Source: Hydrurus foetidus (lineage: Eukaryota). Taken from it: 61,177 nt of DNA. Below are positions 1 to 11,437 of this stretch, in pieces (position 1 is the stretch's first letter; each line of letters opens with the position of its first letter). The notes under the pieces are model-generated. The model did not search any database and was not told the DNA's origin. It saw only the letters and a list, made by a program, of their open reading frames with translations. Position numbers and translations under genes: made by a program. The DNA lies in the NCBI GenBank assembly GCA_900617105.1, contig UYFQ01000115.1, positions 1-61,177 of the forward strand, given 5' to 3'.

Positions 1-216
1 TGTAGTCCAAATGAAGCAAGAGGTGTCAGAAAGGTAGTTAGGCTTACAACGAGAAAGAGTGGGGATGGGCTTGCAGAGGTGTAAAACTCTGCATGCAAAG
101 CGTTGCAAGGTAACTAACAGTCTGCGAGAGGTCAGAAGGACTCTCAGCCACATGTACGGACGGCTATACGGTACTACGGAGGGTAGGAATGTGGTACTAA
201 ATCCTGTACCATCACA
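1..216 (-). repeat. 3' LTR of gypsy A
   Basis: TGTAGTCC...CATCACA, near-identical to 6768-6983, 7523-7738 and 22193-22408; followed by the reverse complement of a purine tract. Confidence 0.96.
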
Positions 217-240
217 TTACCCCCACTTACTCCTTTCCGA
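217..240 (-). other. Polypurine tract of gypsy A
   Basis: Sense strand reads ...GGAAAGGAGTAAGTGGGGGTAA immediately before the TGTGATGG LTR start. Confidence 0.85.
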
Positions 241-511
241 AAAGACCTTAGTCTCGCTTCTCTCTTTTGACTACTTAACTGTAACTAATGATAAAAAAAA
301 TGTGAACTAACATTAAAGCAGAAAAATACATCAAGTTTTTGAAAAATGATGCAAATAACTAGACTAAAAGAGAGTTTGGGACGAGGTCCTGACCGGGAGT
401 GTCCGTGCGTCCGACAGCAGCGATCTTGACCGAGTGTGAGTATGTCAGGTTTCACTGACTAAAACCGTAAAACCCACGTAGGGTGAAAAATGGCTAAATT
501 TTGAGAAAATC

Positions 512-3500
512 TCACACCGGCATATCTTCGCCACGCAGGTTGTGCGGAACCAGCGCCTTCAGTCCGGCGCTCTTGAGGTAGGTGTGTAGCTGGTCCGTGA
601 GTCTCAGAGCACTCCATGGCTCCCATGAGTTGTGTTCCTCGCTATAATTAAGCCACTTGACGAGGAAGGTCAACGTGGAGACCTTCCTGGTGTTGCCTTT
701 GTGGGCAGTGATCGCCTCGATGTAGAACTCCATGTAGTCGCGTCGGGCTGAGTCCATGGGTTCGATCCTCGCTGGATCGAATAGGAATATCTTGAGTTTG
801 GAAGCGTGGATTCTTTTAGTCTTCTTAGAGACGATGTTCAGGAGTACATACTCCGAATCGCGATGGGAAATCACCTCCATCGGACCTTGCCAGCGTGTGT
901 GTAGTCGCGTAGGGGGACCTGTAGCGTACTGCGCTAGTACGTACGAACCGACGGGGAAAACGGTTGGATCCGGCTGATCCGTTAAACGCTGTGCCGCGTG
1001 TTCCTGCGCCATTTCTTGGACTGTCCTGTGCGTCGTATCCTGAGCGTTAATCATGTCAGCCATGATGCGTGAGCCCGGAGTCTTAGATGGAAGGGCTGGT
1101 TGAAAGGGCGTGAGGATGCCTCTGTTCAGATCCAAGCGGTTGCCGAAGAGCAGGTTACCCGGTGACACTCCCGTGGAGCCATGAACTGAGCTGTTCATGA
1201 TCCGTTGGACAAAGGGGAGGCAAAGCTTGTATTGGTCCATCTCGAGTGTCTCGAACACAAACGAGCGCAAGTGGCGATTAACCTCCTTGTTGACCCGCTC
1301 CACGATGGAGTTCTCCTCCTTCGAATAGGCCAGTGTGAGGTTGTGCGGTGTTCCAACCGCCAAGAGAAATTTCTCTATGAGTTCGTTGGCGATATGTGGT
1401 CCGCGATCGGAGCGTATCAGGTTGGGAGAACCGAAACGACCGAAGTGTTCCAAGAGACAGCGGCATGCCGACTCTGCCGTGCTGTCCTTGCAGTGGAACA
1501 GCTCTGTCCATCTTGAAAATGAGTCCACTATGACTAGCACGTGTGTGCCGTCGGGGAATGGACCGATGAAGTCGATGTTGAGGACATCGAAGAGTATCTC
1601 GCCTGCCGTCGTGAACTTATGTACGTTGATTGGAATGCGTACCGCACTCATCTTCTGGCAGCACGGACAGTACCGTACGAATAACCGGACGTGGTTGCGC
1701 ATGTACGGCCAAGAACGGCCCATGAGACCCAGCTTATGCATCGTTCGGTCTACGCCGCCATGACCGACGCGGAAGTTGTGGGCTTGCTCCATCCACTCCT
1801 GTTCTTCTTCCGAAGCTAATGGGCATGTGGTCAGTGCTGCTACTATAAAACCTGGGGCGTCCATGACCCTAGGGGTGTAATCCATGGCGAGTTCCATAAG
1901 GTTGGGACACAGGCGTGACAGTGTGTCAGCCCATTTGTTCTGGGAGCCTGGCACGAAGTGAATCTTGAAATCTAGTTCCTGCATCGCTATGGACCAGCGG
2001 GTGACCATCGAGTTGGGGTTGTTGGTCATATACGTCAGATTCAGGTGATCTGTGTGTATAGTGAACACCCGGTCGCGGAGGAGAGTGTCCATCTGCTGGC
2101 AGCAATGGAAGATTGCGTATGCCTCCTTCTGTATCGTTGACCAACGAGATTGTGTGGCGTTGAAAGACTTGCTGACGAAGGATATCGGTCGCCAAATGTC
2201 GTCAACGATCTGGAATAATACACCGCCTATACCGTAGTCGGAGGCGTCCGTATACAGCCGTATAGGTGCGTCACTGTCGTCCAGGAAATGCATCAGCGGG
2301 CAATGCGATATAGCCTTACGTATAGCTTGGAACGCGTCGGAACTTCCCTGTGTCCACACCAGTGGTGAGTTCTTCTTGCCCTTGTGGTCAATCATATCTT
2401 GAAGCGGCTTTACTATTAGGGAGTGATTTGGTACAAATCCCGGAAATAGTTCGCCAGTCCCAATAGGGATCTTAGGGCGTGAAGGTTCCGCGGTTTCTCA
2501 AAGTTGAGTACCGATTTAATCTTGACCATGGACATAGACAGTCCATCTTTAGAGATGACTCGCCCGACATACTCTATTTGGGGCAGTCCAAATTTGCATT
2601 TTTTAGCCTTCAGAAGAAGGCCGCGCTCTCGGAAGCGCTGGAATACCTCCTTCAGTCTGGTGAGGAACTGATCTTCATCTGATGCATACACTATGCAGTC
2701 GTCCAAGTACATCTCGCAGGAGACGTACAGTAAATCTTGAAGGACTTTGGTGACCATTTGCTCCTGGAAGTAGGAGGGGGCCCGTTTATCCGAACGGTCC
2801 AAAACGCAAAAACCCAAACCCAGGGTATAGTGGGGCCTGATGGTATCCCGCCGTCAGGTCCATGACTCCAAACACCGTCGGTTTGTTGTGTCCAATTCTT
2901 TCGAATAGCCCGCGGATGTTGGGGAGGGGCCAGCTGGCGGGCTTGATGCAATCGTTGAGGTTCCTGTAGTCGATGCAAACCCGCACTTTGTCTTCTGTCT
3001 TCTGTACAATCACTGGGTGACTGTAATAAGATGCGTTTGATTTCTCAATAACGCCATCTGCAAGCATCGTCTTGATAGCTTTCTCTATCTCGATGTTGTT
3101 CTTGACCGACTGGGGTCGGCATGGGGTCCTGTTCCCTGGGGTCTCCCACAGAGGTTCCTCCACATTAAACCGGAACGGGGTTAAGTCCGCGGCTCTTTCT
3201 GCGAGTACATCACTGAAGATGTCTCGGTATTCCATGACAAGATCTTTTAATCTGTGTACTTGGGTCTCACTACCCGCGAACACAAATTGCTCTAAGAAAG
3301 CTTTGGTGTCGTCCTCCCCTCTATGAAGGTCCTTGTTGTCGCTGAAGAAGGCACCGAAAGTGTCGACTTTCTCATTATCAATCTCATCGACGGAGACTAT
3401 GATACCACTGGGCTTAACGCAGACAGGGTGGAGAATATCTTCGCTTGTTATAAGTGGTGTGTGCGAAGGGGTGTGAGGGAGGTCGACACCCGGACGCGGT

Positions 3501-6036
3501 GTATCGTCCGTACGTACAGCCAAGGCAGCAACTACGTTGCCTGGAAGCTGACGACCCTCGTTGCCACGAGCCGGGCGGTTAGCAAGACCGTTGTGGGCTG
3601 CACACTTACAATCTGGCGAGCATATAGTCTGCTGAGTGTCGGTGACGGGTACCAAAGATGCAACGACATGGTCTATGGTAGATGGTGGTGGACCATACTT
3701 AGCCTTCATCTTCTCCGCGAGTTTCGCTCTCTCCTTTGCTGCTTTCTTGCGCTGTGAGGGGTTCAACTTCTCAGGAGTACGTGCTGGCAACGTCTCCGCG
3801 TCAGCGACAGCTGGTGTCGAAGCAATCACCTTAAAGGAAAGCGGTTTCGCCTTGGCCGTCTTACGGGAGTAGTCCTTAGGGGCTTATCCGGTTTGTCCGA
3901 GACGGGCTTTTTAGCTGCCAAAGGTGGCGGTTGTGGTGCGGACGGTGCTTTGAAACCCAAAGCGGATGGTGTCAAAATGTTAAAATTATTTAGCGCTAGG
4001 GTTGTCCGACCCACAATTAAATCGATTTCTTGGTCTGGGTTAACGTTAACCGTGAAGTACACCGTGTGTATAATATCATCGTGCGATTGAAAAATGATGC
4101 CTATGTCTACAACATTGACACTCAGATAGCAGGTGCGATCCAGGCCACTGCATACAGTCATGGGAACAGGTGAGGTGTAGATGTACGACAGTGCATTCAT
4201 TCTGACTAAGCAGTCACGCGAAATGAAATTCCCCGGAAAGCTTCCTGTGTCCAGCAGCGCATCCCCCTCGACTTGTTTCGAATGTCCCATTACCGCGTCC
4301 TGCGTGTCTTTACGCTGTACAGCAAAGATATTACAAGACAAGTAATCAGTCGGGTTAGTCGAGATGGGCGGTTGCACATCCGAGGGTACAAGGTCCGTAC
4401 GTACGGGGATGGGTAAGACAACTGAAAGTGCAGGTAACGCAGTAAGCGGCTGTATGGCAGCAACAATGTCAGATGCAGGCGCGAGTGCATGGACAGAGTC
4501 TACAGCAGCTAGAGACTTACTTCCTTTGTTGGATCTTGGTTGGGAACTGCTCCTAGGCTGGGAGCTGCCCCTGGCCCTGTTGTGGCGTGATCCCTGTCCG
4601 CTCCCTTCTTGTTGTCGTACTTACGACTGTCTCGGCGGTCATCGTCTCTGTCACGACTGCGTTCGCGGTTGGAAGAACGGCCACGGTCTGCGCGTCGCTC
4701 GCGTGCTTTGCGTTCGTTCAGATCGCGGTCGTCTCTCTCCCGCTCCTGCAGCGTGCGTCGGTCTCGTGCGGGACGGTCGTCCTCAGACTCACTGTTGTAA
4801 CGGACTCGCTTGGATGTATCCGCATCCTCTGAGGACTCCTCCGCGCGTTTCTTCCGACGAAGTTCCCATCCTGGTAGATACAGGTGCTCTACGAAGGTGT
4901 CATGACCCTCAGCCATCCATGCCTTTCCCATCGCAGACTCCCCCATAACACGTGGTACTGGTTGTTCGTGTCATGAAGGCCTTTGAAGGGGCAGTCCGCA
5001 ACCCGGTGTGTTGCGAAACCGCAGCACTGGCATTCAGTCGGATCCGTGTTGTACGCTCGGCGCTCGCTCCTTTGTTGCACTAGGTCTGACGTCGAACGAG
5101 AGGAGGCTGACGCAGCAGAGTTGCTGGGACCAGACCATCCTACCGCTGATGCCGTGGACTTGACGCTAGTGGGTGGGAAGGTGTGGACGATAGAGGTATC
5201 GCCGTACTGAGCCACCTTGAATAACGCCTGGCGTGCGACTGCGAGTGTCTTGCAGAACCTGTAGACGCATGTCAACCAGGTGTCTTCAGTCTGAGGGTTG
5301 TTGGGGTTCGACACGAACGCCACCATCCTCTCGACCTTGTCTGCCTTCTTCATGTCGAAGTAGTCGTGGCGGATCTGGGACTCTTCCGCCGCGACACGCT
5401 TCTCGAAGATCTTGATGAGGTCCCTCTGTTGTTCCTCAGTGATCTCCCCCACCGTACGGGTGTACCCCTTGATGACCTCCTTGTAATCCGCCATCATCAG
5501 TATCTCATGATCTTCATTATCGATGCAGTACTGGAACTTGACTTTGGAGAACACCTCGGCCAGGGTCTTCTTCTCATCGTGTCGCTTGCCAAAGTACTGG
5601 CTGACAAGACGAGCGATTTGAAGGTGCGACAGTCTTGTCCTCCACAGGGAAACCTCCGACTTGTTGAGGACCTTAGGGACGGATCGCACCGGATTTTCAT
5701 GTCCAGTGTGTCCATGGCCGCCTCTGTCATAGTCTGCTGGATGTCGATGGAGTCGCCCATGGTGACGGCCTGCGCAAGGAACCTCTCAGCTTGATCCGAG
5801 CTGATGAGAGTGTTCTGTAACACAAAGAGTTTCTTGTTAAAAGAAAGAGCTTTGGTTATAGATGACGCCAGGGAGTTTTGGGTCTCTCCTCCCCGTGATG
5901 TTAATGAGAGGTTGAGTTCACTAACCGGGCTCGGAGGTTCCGTATTCCCTGTTCCCGCAAACCTCCTGATCTCCTCCTCTATTAATTCCGGTTCTGGAGG
6001 AGGGGAGGGCGTAGGAAGTGGCTGCTCTGGTGTCAT
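512..6036 (-). pseudogene. gag-pol polyprotein of gypsy A, broken by several frameshifts and a scrambled RT segment
   Basis: ORF pieces 5497-6036, 4889-5689, 4509-4946, 3826-4377, 2786-3829, 2416-2817 and 512-2395 match the continuous ORF of copy B almost residue for residue. Confidence 0.92.
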
Positions 6037-6767
6037 CTTTCTGAAGAGCTGCTAAGCAGGCTGCTTCTGACCGGAGCGCTTCTTAGATAAATTCCTCTAA
6101 GATCTCTCCCTCTTGAAAAAAAAATTGCAAGGGGTTTGCCTCGTGCCGTATCGGTTGGACAGGTGTCTGATCGATCGGGTTAGGCAATTAAAGCAGATGA
6201 AAAATAATTAAAGGTCTTCGACTATAGGCACTTGAGATCCGGTCTTCGGCTCACCAAACAGGTTCCTGTTGGCCAATCCAAAGGAGCAGACGTTGCTGCT
6301 TTGAGTCTTGAAACAGGCCTGAAGTCCTGTTGATGATCGCCCGCGAAGTCTTTTGCAATACAGATAGGGGATACCTATGTTGCTTCAAACAGGTATTGAC
6401 TTCTGTTCTTCAGCTGGCGTCGAAACGGCTTAGAGCTGGCAACTGATATAGCAATCGGGAATCCGTGAAGATCTTGAAGTCCTCCTTTGAAGATCTTGAA
6501 AGCTCTTGAAATTCTTGAGCTTGAGAGTCTTGATCGGCTGTTGAAATTCAGATAGGGGATACCTATGTTTCACCGATTGCGCCAAGTCGTGAGAAACGTG
6601 TCGAAATGACAACGTTTGTCAAATCCTGAGTTCTCCAACCAAATGCTTTGGAAGGACTTCTGAAAACTCGGTGGACCGCGTGGACAGAAGTCTAGCTAAA
6701 TAGGTGGATGGGTAGTAGGGGGCCAAGTAGTAGAATTTAGAAGGGAAAGCGGAACGAGCAGATCTAC

Positions 6768-6983
6768 TGTAGTCCAAATGAAGCAAGAGGTGTCAGAAAG
6801 GTAGTTAGGCTTACAACGAGAAAGAGTGGGGATGGGCTTGCAGAGGTGTAAAACTCTGCATGCAAGGCGTTGCAAGGTAACTAACAGTCTGTGAGAGGTC
6901 AGAAGGACTCTCAGCCACATGTACGGACGGCTATACGGTACTACGGAGGGTAGGAATGTGGTACTAAATCCTGTACCATCACA
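6768..6983 (-). repeat. 5' LTR of gypsy A
   Basis: 216-bp copy of 1-216 with 2 substitutions by eye. Confidence 0.96.
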
Positions 6984-7067
6984 CGGATACTTTATAATCG
7001 TAGGATCATAATCCCAAAAAAAAAGTTTGCTAAAACCGGATACCCTCATTATCAATTATTTTGAATT

Positions 7068-7522
7068 ATGAAGTTAAGCGATTATGATGTCGGCGGTCGA
7101 ACACATTACTACAGACAGGGGACAGATATCAGACTTATCGTCAAGAATGCACAGCGCAAAATGGATCTCACACAATTCTTCAGTTCTGTGAGTAAAAAAC
7201 ACCACATCGCAAATTTGGGTGTTCAGGATTGCAGAGACGAAGAGAAGGCAGCAGCGGAAGAAGCCCAGAAAAATGTGCGACGACGACAAATAGAGGAGCA
7301 GAACCAGGCAAACAGATTGGCTGCAAGGAAAAGAAGAAACGACGCAAAGTTTGCTGGCCTTGCGGAGGACAAGCGAACAGATGAAGAGAGAGTACAAGTT
7401 GAAATAGATGAGCTGACAGATGATCTTCCCGATTTTCTCCCAGAGAAGAAGAAACCAAAAGTATGGCAATCTCGCCCACCTAATTGGGAGGATATCGCCT
7501 ATGAGGCGCAGGTGTTTGGAAA
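7068..7522 (+). pseudogene. pogo transposase N-terminal part (truncated by gypsy B)
   Basis: ORF 7068-7559 runs into the LTR at 7523; the reading frame continues at 22413. Confidence 0.8.
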
Positions 7523-7738
7523 TGTAGTCCAAATGAAGCAAGAGGTGTCAGAAAGGTAGTTAGGCTTACAACGAGAAAGAGTGGGGATGGGCTTGCAGAG
7601 GTGTAAAACTCTGCATGCAAAGCGTTGCAAGGTAACTAACAGTCTGTGAGAGGTCAGAAGGACTCTCAGCCACATGTACGGACGGCTATACGGTACTACG
7701 GAGGGTAGGAATGTGGTACTAAATCCTGTACCATCACA
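7523..7738 (-). repeat. 3' LTR of gypsy B
   Basis: 216-bp LTR followed on the + strand by TTACCCCCAC (PPT complement). Confidence 0.96.
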
Positions 7739-8036
7739 TTACCCCCACTTACTCCTTCCCGAAAAGACCTTTGTCTGGCTTCTCTCTTTTGACTACTTAC
7801 GTGTAACTAATTATAAAAAAAATGTGAACTAACATTAAAGCAGAAAAATACATCAAGTTTTTGAAAAATGAAGCAATTAACTAGACTAAAAGAGAGTTTG
7901 GGACGAGGTCCTGACCGGGAGTGTCCGTGCATCCGACTGCAGCGATCTTGACCGGGTGTGAGTATGTCAGGTTTCACTGACTAAAACCGTAAAACCCACG
8001 TAGGGTGAAAAAAATGGCTAAATTTTGAGAAAAATC

Positions 8037-10722
8037 TCACACCGGCATATCTTCGCCACGCAGGTTGTGCGGAACCAGCGCCTTCAGTCCGGCGCTCTTG
8101 AGGTAGGTGTGTAGCTGGTCCGTGAGTCTCAGAGCACTCCATGGCTCCCATGAGTTGTGTTCCTCGCTATAATTAAGCCACTTGACGAGGAAGGTCAACG
8201 TGGAGACCTTCCTGGTGTTGCCTTTGTGGGCAGTGATCGCCTCGATGTAGAACTCCATGTAGTCGCGTCGGGCAGAGTCCATGGGTTCGATCCTCGCTGG
8301 ATCGAATAGGAATATCTTGAGTTTGGAAGCGTGGATTCTTTTAGTCTTCTTAGAGACGATGTTCAGGAGTACATATTCCGAATCGTGATGGGAAATCACC
8401 TCCATCGGACCTTGCCAGCGTGTGTGTAGGCGCGTAGGGGGACCTGTAGCGTACTGCGCCAGTACGTACGAACCGACAGGGAAAACGGTTGGATCCGGCT
8501 GATCCGTAAAGCGCTGTGCCGCGTGTTCCTGCGCCATTTCTTGGACTGTCCTGTGCGTCGTATCCTGAGCGTTAATCATGTCAGCCATGATGCGTGAGCC
8601 CGGAGTCTTAAACGGAAGGGCCGGTTGAAAGGGCGTGAGGATGCCTCTGTTCAGATCCAAGCGGTTGCCGAAGAGCAGGTTACCCGGTGACACTCCCGTG
8701 GAGCCATGAACTGAGCTGTTCATGATCCGTTGGACAAAGGGGAGGCAAAGCTTGTATTGGTCCATCTCGAGTGTCTCGAACACAAACGAGCGCAAGTGGC
8801 GATTAACCTCCTTGTTGACCCGCTCCACGATGGAGTTCTCCTCCTTCGAATAGGCTAGTGTGAGGTTGTGCGGTGTTCCAACCGCCAAGAGAAATTTCTC
8901 TATTAGGTCGTTGGCGAAGTGTGGTCCGCGGTCGAAGCGTATCAGGTTGGGAGAACCGAAACGACCGAAGTGTTCCAAGAGACAGCGGCATGCTGACTCT
9001 GCCGTGCTGTCCTTGCAGTGGAACAGCTCCGTCCATCTTGAGAATGAGTCCACTATGACTAGCACGTGTGTGCCGTCGGGGAATGGACCGATGAAGTCGA
9101 TGTTGAGGACATCGAATAGTACCTCGCCTGCCGTCGTGAACTTATGTACGTTGATGGGAATGCGTACCGCACTCATCTTCTGGCAGCACGGACAGTACCG
9201 TACGAATAAACGGACGTGGTTGCGCATGTACCGCCAAGAACGGCCCATGAGACCTAGTTTATGCATCGTTCGGTCTACGCCGCCATGACCGACGCGGAAG
9301 TTGTGGGCCTGTTCCATCCACTCCTGTTCTTCCTCCGAAGCTAATGGGCATGTGGTCAGTGCTGCTACTATAAAACCTGGGGCGTCCATGACCCTCGGGG
9401 TGTAATCCATGGCGAGTTCCATAAGATTGGGGCACAGGCGTGACAGTGTGTCAGCCCATTTGTTCTGGGAGCCTGGCACGAAGTGAATCTTGAAGTCGAG
9501 TTCCTGCATCGCTATGGACCAGCGGGTGACCATCGAGTTGGGGTTGTTGGTCATATACGTCAGATTCAAGTGATCTGTGTGTATAGTGAACACCCGGTCG
9601 CGGAGGAGAGTGTCCATCTGCTGGCAGCAATGGAAGATTGCGTATGCCTCCTTGTGTATCGTTGACCAACGAGATTGTGTGGCGTTGAAAGACTTGCTGA
9701 CGAAGGATATCGGTCGCCAAATGTCGTCAACGATCTGGAATAGTACGCCGCCTATACCGTAGTCGGAGGCGTCCGTATACAGCCGTATAGGTGCGTCACT
9801 GTCGTCCAGGAAATGCATCAGCGGGCAATGCGATATAGCCTTACGGATAGCTTGGAACGCGTCGGAGTTTCCCTGTGTCCACACCAGTGGTGAGTTCTTC
9901 TTGCCCTTGTGGTCAATCATATCTTGAAGCGGCTTTACTATGAGGGAGTGATTTGGTACAAATCCCCGAAAGTAGTTCGCCAGTCCCAATAGGGATCTTA
10001 GGGCGTGAAGGTTCCGCGGTTTCTCAAAGTTGAGTACCGATTTAATCTTGACCATGGACATAGACAGTCCCTCTTTAGAGATGACTCGCCCGACATACTC
10101 TATTTGGGGCAGGCCAAATTTGCATTTTTTAGCCTTCAGCAGAAGGCCGCGCTCGCGGAAGCGCTGGAATACCTCTTTCAGTCTTGTGAGGAACTGATCT
10201 TCATCTGATGCATACACTATGCAGTCGTCCAAGTACATCTCGCAGGAGACGTACAGTAAACCTTGAAGGACTTTGGTGACCATTTGCTCCTGGAAGTAGG
10301 AGGGGGCCCGTTTAGGTCCAAACGGTAGCCGTGTAAATTGGTACAGGCCGCAGAAGCACAGGAATGCCGTGAACACCCGGTGCGGTGGGTACAGTGGGGC
10401 CTGATGATATCCCGCCGTCAGGTCCATGACTCCAAACACCGTCGGTTTGTTGTGTCCAATTCTTTCGAAGAGCCCACTGATGTTGGGAAGGGGCCAGCTG
10501 GCAGGCTTGATGCAGTCGTTGAGGTTCCTGTAATCGATGCAAACCCGCACTTTGTCTTCTGTCTTTTGTACAATCACTGGGTGACTGTAGTAAGATGCGT
10601 TTGATTTCTCAATAACGCCATCTGCAAGCATCGTCTTGATAGCTTTCTCTATCTCGATGTTGTTCTTTACCAACTGGGGTCGGCATGGGGTCCTGTTCCC
10701 TGGGGTCTCCCACAGAGGTTCC
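8037..10722 (-). CDS. pol portion (RT, RNase H, integrase, chromodomain) of gypsy B
   Basis: CIDYRNLN, LPFG, YLDD, TDASDYGIG, HHCC zinc motif (H..GH..C..C), IDFIGP...DRGPHF...ERVN, FLVKWLNY..NSWEP chromodomain. Confidence 0.95.
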
Positions 10723-11230
10723 TGTGAGTCAGACTGTGGAGTGAAGCGAGCTACCTGTTGGCTGCGGAAGCGCAAAGGAAAGACTGGCTGATGGAAGTGG
10801 TCTCGGAAGACGTGTTTACTTACAACGATCAAGTAGTAAAACAACTGGCGATGATATCAGAGAAGACAACCATCAAAGAAGCAGAGCAAAGCATCCATTG
10901 TGCATGAAATGGTGATCGCCGAAGTGGAAACATATTCAGCGAATATTCAAGTTGGCGATTGAGCAATGGGCGGAACCCTCGCTGCTCATGAAATCGGATG
11001 CTTGGTGGAAACCGGATACCTGGTGGGAATCCGGATGCTTGGTGGTGAAAAACCGGATGCTTGGTGATGGCCCCGAAGGGGGATATCGCTAGAAGAACGA
11101 TGAGCGTATGTACACAACAGTGTATGGCGGTGTTTTGGGTGAGGAAGCGCTACACTACTTGTGACATGTGAATGCTAATCTACAGATGAAACTATGCTAA
11201 CAGATCATGCATGAATATGCTGGACTGACA
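10723..11230 (-). repeat. 3' LTR of copia C
   Basis: TGTGAGTC...GACTGACA, repeated at 18066-18573; adjoined by CTCCCCG (PPT complement). Confidence 0.96.
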
Positions 11231-11437
11231 CTCCCCGTAGTGAAGATGTAGCTGAACGTGTTATTGAGAGTATCGAAATGAATGATATGTGTATATATAC
11301 TCCCCGTACTGAGGATGTACTCCCCGTACGAGAGATTTGGCAAAAAGTGTAAAAAGTTAGTTATAATATATGCGTGCACTCATATAAGATAGTAAAATTA
11401 GTACGTATGTTAGAAATATGGATATTAAGTATTTATG

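Larger units (their letters stand above)
1..6983 (-). mobile_element. Ty3/gypsy chromovirus-like LTR retrotransposon, copy A (family 1), full length
   Basis: 216-bp direct LTRs at 1-216 and 6768-6983 (TG...CA). Internal order gag(CCHC)-PR(LLDTGS)-RT(YLDD)-RH(TDAS)-INT-chromodomain. PPT adjacent to 3' LTR. Confidence 0.97.

Noticed and set aside
756..6055. Numerous plus-strand ORFs antisense to gypsy gag-pol (also in B, C, D, E)
   Set aside because: Shadow ORFs of coding sequence; their recurrence in A and B merely reflects element identity.
10723..10844. N-terminal 40 aa of the 935-aa ORF as a genuine pol start
   Set aside because: It is copia LTR sequence fortuitously in frame, with a TTG start.
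11009..11020. CCGGATRC motif shared between copia C LTR repeats and pogo termini
   Set aside because: Only 10-12 nt in unrelated element classes; cannot be distinguished from coincidence.
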